Shown here: piece after piece, positions 56,733 to 64,000 of the stretch
Layout of the letters: every line of letters begins with the position of its first letter
Numbering within the stretch: the stretch's first letter is position 1
Origin: Azolla caroliniana
Taxonomy: Eukaryota > Plantae > Polypodiophyta
Direction of reading: 5' to 3'
Assembly (NCBI GenBank): GCA_043228905.1
Contig: JBHGNT010000001.1
Coordinates: 10,168,001-10,232,000, forward strand
Length of the DNA: 64,000 nt
Made by a program: the position numbers and the translations under genes
The notes under the pieces: generated by a model
The model's input: the letters and a program-made list of their open reading frames with translations, nothing else
Told to the model about the DNA's origin: nothing
The model's database searches: none

Positions 56733-56992
56733 GTTGATGTCGGAGATGTTGACTTGACCGGGGAGGCGAAAACTCAACGATTTTGGTTGCTAAGTGCTCT
56801 TGTGCTTCTGTGCATTTCTTCTGCTTGAATGTGATAATGAGAAATAGAAGATGACTTCCCTTTATATAATTTTTATTTTGTATTTTCAAAAATATTTTTA
56901 AACAAATATTTTTAAAAAAAAATAAAAAATATGTGTGCTTATTATAGAACCAACCTTGTACCTATTTTGGACATTGTTGTTGTTACCTAGCC
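56733..56992. promoter_or_regulatory. Putative bidirectional promoter between the MTase gene (-) and the transposase (+)
   Basis: 260 bp AT-rich gap between divergent ATGs, with palindromic TTATATAA (~56862-56869) and AAAAATATTTTT (~56887-56898). Function is inferred. Confidence 0.4.
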
Positions 56993-59165
56993 ATGAGCAA
57001 AATGTCCTCAAAGTCGAATGAAAATTCTCTATTTTCTATTGAGCCTGATATATTATCTGATAACTCCTTATTCTCAATCAAGGAATATAGCCATGTTAAT
57101 AATAAAAGGTGCCATGTTAAGACCAACGACGATCAAGAGCAAAGCTCGACGTCAATTTTTTCGATAGAGCCATTAAACTTAAAACAAGATATATTAAAGT
57201 AGATACAACTCATGTCGAGTCTAGTTTATCGATAGAGCCATTAAACTTAAAACAAGATATATTAAAGTAGACTGTGTCAATAAGCCTCTAAATTTTCAAA
57301 GAGTTCCTCAACAAGTGAGTGTTAAACGATATAATTTTTTGTGTTCGGATCAACAAATTTCAATTGACATATGCAAGGTATGTTGTGGGAGCCTTTGTCT
57401 ATCAAAATTTGGAAAGGCAAACTTGTGGGGGTTGTGACAAAAGTATTTGTCTCTCAATGGAGACGAACAAGATACATTCTTGATTGCCAATATGCAACTT
57501 GTTAAGGACCATCTTGTAGTGTCGTGTTCTCAGCAGGTGGAATATTACCTTTCACTTACTACGAAGAGTTGTCGAGTTGCTTTTAAAATTGCTTATAGCA
57601 TCGGGAACATGAGGCTATAGAGAATTCAACATCGATTACTGAAGGGGTGGTGGGTGCCTTTCAACAATACAAAAATTTCATGTAAGGGCCTAATTGGGCG
57701 ACATGTTGTTAGATGGATGGAGATTTATTTCTCGAAGCAATTTGATGTTATGCCCACCACTGTAAGGTTACATTTGTTACATAACTTCACTCGTCGTGAG
57801 GTATACTAAGCCTATAAGGATGACATGTTATTGGAAAGTGTACCTTATATACAATATCGGCATTTTAATCGTATATGGAGATCAAAGTTTAACAATGTGG
57901 TCATACCCCGCAAGGTTCGGATGGGTGTTTGTTCGATCTACGTGAGTTTAAAAAGCTTGGCAAAGAGTGGGAAAATAGATGAAGAAATAACAAAATATAA
58001 GACTTTATTGAGAGAGCATTGAGAAACCTAAGCGTTGGAAAGATCTAAAGCTATGCACCATCGTCAAAAAGCGCTTCAATCTCCAGAAAGATACATGTGC
58101 TTGATTATAGATGGGATGGATCAGAAGAAAACTTGTTTGCCACATTTTTGAAGGTTGCCCAAGGATATTGGAGATGAATGCCTAGTGCTGATGCACTTAG
58201 TAGGATGTCTTTTGTATTGTTAGACAATAAAGCCTCAAAGTGTTCTTCTTAACTTATCCAAATATCCACAACGACCCTAATCTTACAGTTACAGTCATGC
58301 AAAGAGTTCTGCAGAGTTGGCAAGGTTTACTCCTACCAGTACTATACGTGCAACTTGACAACACGGCGAGAGAAAACAAGAACTCAACTGTGTTTGGTTA
58401 CATGAGCATGTTAGTAGACAATGGTATTTTCAAACAAATTAAGGTCAACTTCTTGGTAGTTGGTCATACATATGATCACATAGATCAAATGTTTAGTAGG
58501 TTCTCCAAGAAATTAGCAAGGTGCGATGTTTTCACACTTCCTGTGCTATCAAGGTTGATCGCTAAAGCTTATACCCCAAAGCCAAATGTGCAACATTTAG
58601 ATGAAGCATATGATTTTAAGCACTTTTGTTTGGATGGTGATGGGATTGGATGTCGGGTTCTTGCTCTGCTTAATAATATAAGTTTTAACCACGTCTTCCT
58701 GATCCAAAAAAGTGTGGTCGGTCACAACTAGACCATCTTGTATGCCAAACAATACTCATCTAGTTCGCAATGGGAGCCAGAAGATAGATGCAGGCTCTTA
58801 TTGCATTTCCCAAATGCAATAATCTATGGTGCTGAGCAAATGCCCTATGGCGACCATAAAAGATTGGCTGTTGGAAGTTCAATTGAAGAGCAAAAGATAT
58901 ATTGGATGCAATGCCTTGAGGAAAAACAGAAAAATATTGAGTGAACCAAAAAGTATGTTGGTGATCAGGATATGGATTGGTGGGATGTTTTCTTTAATCA
59001 TCAACATACAATATTAGATAACCACTTTACAGAGTATTGGACACTACAAAATCAATTCGAATGGGCACTTCGTGGCCCATCAATGGCAAGCACGACTCCT
59101 TTACAACCACTAGATAATCTTGAATTGAATAATCTAGTTCGTCCACAACAAAGAGATATTTACGT
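56993..59165 (+). pseudogene. DUF7869/Sola-like RNase H-fold DDE transposase, decayed and cut by a Gypsy LTR
   Basis: N-terminal C..CC...C...EQ..FL...Y....C..AF...Y.IG (57372-57610); D.MP...HL...VY..Y...F.RIW...F..V.IP; IIDGMDQKKT.LP (58104-58142); QLDNTARENKN (58351-58383); FL.VGHTYDHIDQMFS (58450-58497). Several stops. The family name is from recall, not a search. Confidence 0.75.
57162..57271. repeat. 42 bp direct duplication
   Basis: cgatagagccattaaacttaaaacaagatatattaaagtaga at 57162 and 57230. Confidence 0.9.
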
Positions 59166-62100
59166 TGTTGTAGTGTAATTTGCACACTACGTGAAAAATT
59201 ACATTTTTGGTCTCTCCGGATAGGACATGGAGTACCCAGTGAGAACCAGAAGAAGGAACCGGTAAGCAGACCCGGCAAGAGCCGGATGAAGAAGGCCGGT
59301 GAGAGTCGGTGAGAAACGGATGAAGAGATCGGTAAGGAGGTCCCGATAAGAACCGGACAAAGAAAACTAGCAAGCACCGGATGAAGAGACATATTTGTAA
59401 ATAGAAGAAAGTATAAAAATATATATATTGCATGCATAGGGCAAGATTCGAACCTTGCACCTCCATGTTAATAATGTTAAGCCTTATCATTATACTTGCG
59501 TATTATGAATTTTAGAGTTATACTAAACTTTATCCCATGTAAATATTCTAGACATGCATGGTACAAAAAGTTATTCATGCATAGACACTCGAGTTAAAAG
59601 AAAAGATGAGATAGAAAACTAATCATGCACATGTAGTGTGCATGAAAACTAAAGATAGGAAAAGCATGATGTTTGCATGTGATAAACTTAGACTCTTCCA
59701 ACACTATATAAGGAAGAGAGAAAGATGTATAGAGGTTGTTGATTATTTTTACAAACGTTGATTAATATAATATAATCGTGGGATCCACGAGTTTGCCAAC
59801 TATTTTCCTCTCTTAATTTGAGTACTCACTAATACACTATACTCATGGGATTCACAAGTTTTTCATATCTTTCTTTCTTACAATATATTTCATATTCTTA
59901 ATTGCCTTATAATTTTCTTTCCTCCTAGTCCAAATCCCCAGCGGTTCCCACTCGACTCACGGAACGATCCGGAGCCACAAGGCACGACACAAGTGGTGAA
60001 CCCGACGTGAACACGGGTGGCAAGGAGATGGAAAATCAACCGGAGGCTAACAACATGATGATGATGTTAGAGCGGATGCTTTAGGAACAATGTGCGATGT
60101 CGGAGATAGCGGCAGCAGTAGAGCGGCTCGTGCAACGGATCGGGCAATTCAACAGAAAGGACGTATCACGCTATCTTCGGGACTACAAGGCGGAAATGCT
60201 ACGGTGCGGGATTTCGGAAGGACTGCAAGTGGCATCCTTCAACCGGGTGGCTACTGACGGGCTTCAAGCAAGTATCCACGGGCTACGACAATAAAATCCG
60301 ACGTGGGAAGCGTTTGAAGAGGCACTAAAGACCACGTTCGCTATCGAGGACTCCTCCAAGGCAACGCGGAGAGGATTCGAGGATTGGGTAGAAACGCCGG
60401 ACAAGGGGATAAAGGTCCTCGATGTGTTTTCGGCATTCGAAAGTCAGTTCGGGAGGTTGTCTGCGAGAGATCAAGCTATCCTCACACCGGACAAAGTTAT
60501 CATGTTCTTACGAGCCGTAGATGTTCGGGACCGGAAGGATCTTGGAGTGCTTCTAGAGGACATGACTACCGAGAGCGGCCTCACCGAAACATGGGAAAGC
60601 GTGCGGGATATTGTCGCGCGATACACAAAGAGGGGGCAATGGCTTGCCAACGAAGAAAAGAGGGTTTTGGAACCGATTCCGAAACCGAGATCCAGATCAG
60701 AAGACCATCAACCGCGGGCTCGAGAAGCTACGACTGAGAAGGGAATCGACACAACTACGGTGGAGCAGTTGCTGAAGGAGATGCAGAATCTAAAAATCGC
60801 GATGGTGAAGAAGTCGGATGACTGTCCCACAAGTTCCAAGTATATGGACCGTCGATGCATATGGTGCGATAGCACCGAACATGATCGGAGGGATTGCGAC
60901 GAGCACAAGGAAGCACTACGACAGGATCTTATCTACTACGAGGGAAATCAGATTCATTTGATGGACTCTCGGAAGCCGCTCCGACCGAACTTCCGAAAAG
61001 GCGGCATGAAGAAGGTCCTAGAGGAGGAAATAGTGGCGAAGAGCAATTACGCGACAACCGCGGGAATACGTGTCGGGGAGTCATCGGGAGCAAATGTGTC
61101 TTTTTTGCCGGAAGTGCTAGAAAACACCGAGAAAACCAACTCTAACGAGATCCGAAGCACCGCGGAAGGCATCCGGGAAGCTACGGGATGGGAGTGCCCT
61201 GTCGATAAGAATGGCGTGTTTGCTTTATGCCAATTGCATGAAGTGTATGTAGATGAGAAGTGACGGCGCACGGATGAGGCGGCCGGTCCATCGAAGACAT
61301 CAAAAAGCTGGAACTCTGGAGGTAAGGGAAAAGAAAAGATGATTCCGGCATTCAAGCTCGCCTCGGACATCGAACAACAAACGGACTTGAAAAAGGTGTT
61401 CGAGGAGAGAATCCTCGATAGCCGGGTAGATTTTTCGCTTCGAGAATTACTCGGAATAGCGAAGAAGGAGTTCCACGATCTTCTTGTGGATCTCGTGAAG
61501 AGAAAAAGGCAAAGTACGGAGGAGAACGCTCCAAGGGTGAATGCAAATACCTTTCTAATGAATGACACCGAATTGGAGGACGAAATACCGAATTCTCACT
61601 ACACAAAGCCACACTGGGCACGCGCAACTACGAAGACTCTGGTCCGAATCGGTAACATCAAAGAACCCGTGCTAGCATTGATTGATCACGGATCGGAGAT
61701 CAACTTGATGTCCAAGGAATTCTACTGGAAGGGTAAGTGGCCTATTAACACAAATCATGGGTGGAAGATCCGGGCGGCGACTAAAGCAACGGAAGATCTG
61801 TTTGCGGCTTGTCCGGATGTGACGGTGAGGATCGGGGATGTCGAGATTGACCAAAATTTCTTCGTACAAGACGAGGTCTCACACTTCGTGATCCTCGGGC
61901 AACCTTTTATCACGGCATCACGGATGGAGACGAAGGTGCTCGATAGCGGTGCGGCTTTTGCGCAAATTCGGAGCCAAAACGGAGGGAAATCCGTCCAATT
62001 CCTAACGGTGCCGGCAAATCATGAAAGGAACAAGAGAGAGCTCTTGTCCCAAACAAGAATGGATTTTTAGAGCGGACTGTTGCGGAGTGGGGAAGTGATA

Positions 62101-64000
62101 GTTCGAGAAGCACTAATACCCTACACAGGAAGAAACCTCTCGGTGCAAAACAAGTATGAATCGGTCCGGATGGGGCATCCACGTACACGGCCGTAACCGG
62201 AGGAATGAAGAAAGAATACCGAAAAGTGGAGGATAAGTTACGGTCGGCATCAATAATAAAAGAAGACGAAGAAATCGTGGGAATAGTCGAAGAGGTGTTC
62301 TATGGGAGCACACTACAACGGCTTGAAGAGCTCGCGGAAGATACAAGCTAGGGAGACCGGGTAGTCCCGGTGGAATCGGTCGAGATGTACGAGATCATTG
62401 TGAAAATGGTGCCGGATGCGCTCCGCAAAGAAGAAGCAATGGTAAGCACGAAATACAAGACCGTGGAGAAGAAAGTGAAACTAGCCGCGGGACCGTTACC
62501 CGCAGATAGCGAACAAAAGAGGAAAGAAGTCTCGGCGGATCCGACACTTCGGAAGTCCATGGATATCGGACATACCTTCTCGGATGAGACCCGGAAGAAA
62601 CTTCGGATCAGTGGAGGTGGTTTCCTCTCACAAAAAGAAGAAGAACGGTTTCGTGAGATGCTGGAACAACATGGAAAAACATTTGCATTTACATCGAAAG
62701 AAATAGGATGCACTGACCCGAAGATAGTGGAGCCGATGGTGATCTTCACGATTGACCATGTGTCGTGGAACCTGAAGCCGATTCCGGTGCCACGGGCACA
62801 TATTCCGAAAATCATCGACTTGCTCAAGGAGAAGGTGGCGATGGGGATTCTAGAGCCATCAAATGCTCCGTACTCAAATCGATGGTTTACGGTTCTGAAG
62901 AAGAATGGGTCACTCCGATTTATTCAAGATTTGCAACCGGTGAACAAGGTCACGATCCGGAACTCCGGAGTCGGTCCGAAAGTGGACGAATTTGCGGAAG
63001 CATTTGCCGGTCGCGCGATATACTCCATCGGAGACCTATACTCCAGATATGACCAATTCCAACTAGTTGTGAAGAGCTGAGACATCACTACCATGCGGAC
63101 ACCGATAGGATTAGTCCGGATGTGTACGCTACCACAAGGCGCGACGAACTCAGTCGCACATATGATGAATGCGATGAACAAGGTGCTCCGGGATTGCATA
63201 CCGGAGATAACGATGCCGTTCCTAGATGACATTCCGATGAAAGGGTGTGCGGTGGAAGAAAAAGATGAAGCTATGGATGAACGGGGATGCCGAAGGTTTG
63301 TAGTCAACCATATCCGTGATTGTGAGAAAGTGTTACGGAAGTTAGAAGATGTGCATCTAACACTTTCCAGAGAGAAATCGGCATTCGGACAAGAAGAAAT
63401 ATTGGTTGTCGGACATCTATGTGGGCCCTACGGCCGAAGACCGTCACCAACCAAGATCGATGCGATTCAAGCTATGAAAGATGTCTGCGAGTCACAATCC
63501 GAAGTTCGAAGGTTTCTTGGAACATGTGCATTCTACCACATATGGATTCCACACTATGCACATATAGCGGACCCACTCTATCACTTGTTGCGGAAGGATA
63601 AGAAGTTTGAATGGAAACCGGAGCATACCAAAGCCATGAAGAAGCTCAAGAAATCACTACGGAGGGCAGAAGCACTAAAGAAGCCGAACTATGACCAACC
63701 GATCATAGTAACGGTTGACACAAGTCCAACCGGAATTGGATGGGTTATCAATCAAGCCGATCCGGAAGGTTCGCGATATCCGATCCGATTCGGAGCAAAG
63801 GTTCTCAACGAAAGGCAACGCGAATATGCACAAGTTAAAAGAGAATTATGGGGAGTCGTGTCGGCAATCAAATCCGATCGAGATTATTTGATCGGAGCCG
63901 AAGTAGTGATCGAAACGGATTGTCTTCCGATACTCGGGATGATGTAGTGTTGCACGATATCGGATGTGGCTATGATAAGATGGATTGCATATGTCAAGTC
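59166..64000 (+). mobile_element. Ty3/Gypsy LTR retrotransposon (5' part; runs off the window)
   Basis: 5' LTR ~59166-59989 (TGTTGT...ACGACA). PBS TGGTGAACCCGACGTGAA at 59994-60011, complementary to the plant tRNA-Trp 3' end. Gag-pol follows. Confidence 0.9.
60028..64000 (+). pseudogene. Gypsy gag-pro-pol with premature stops
   Basis: Zn knuckle CIWCDSTEHDRRDC; protease ALIDHGSEIN; RT LRFIQDL, LPQGATNS, PFLDDIP; RNase H VDTSPTGIGW...KRELWGV. Stops at ~60082, 60292, 61261, 63078 and 63945. Confidence 0.88.

Overview
Eukaryotic land-plant genomic DNA with GT-AG introns, GA/CA microsatellites and dense TEs; a fern-like origin is my inference. The left 34 kb holds four intact spliced genes in two convergent pairs: RBM7-like RRM (+) with a METTL6/Trm140-like tRNA m3C methyltransferase (-), and a heparanase-like GH79 (+) with actin (-). 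These are separated by LINE debris and short duplications. The right 24 kb is a nested TE island: a solo Copia LTR, a non-autonomous Gypsy, an intact young Copia with apparently identical LTRs, and a decayed Gypsy with a tRNA-Trp PBS. Removing the nested insertions reconstructs an older, now pseudogenised unit. It consists of a six-exon minus-strand gene encoding a ParB/Srx-like domain fused to a bacterial-type beta-class amino (N6-A/N4-C) DNA methyltransferase (DIPY ... VLDLFS[G]IGTT), lying head-to-head (~260 bp) with a DUF7869/Sola-like DDE transposase. This apparent MTase-carrying DNA transposon is the main candidate for an undescribed system. All calls come from reading and hand-translating the sequence; no searches were run.
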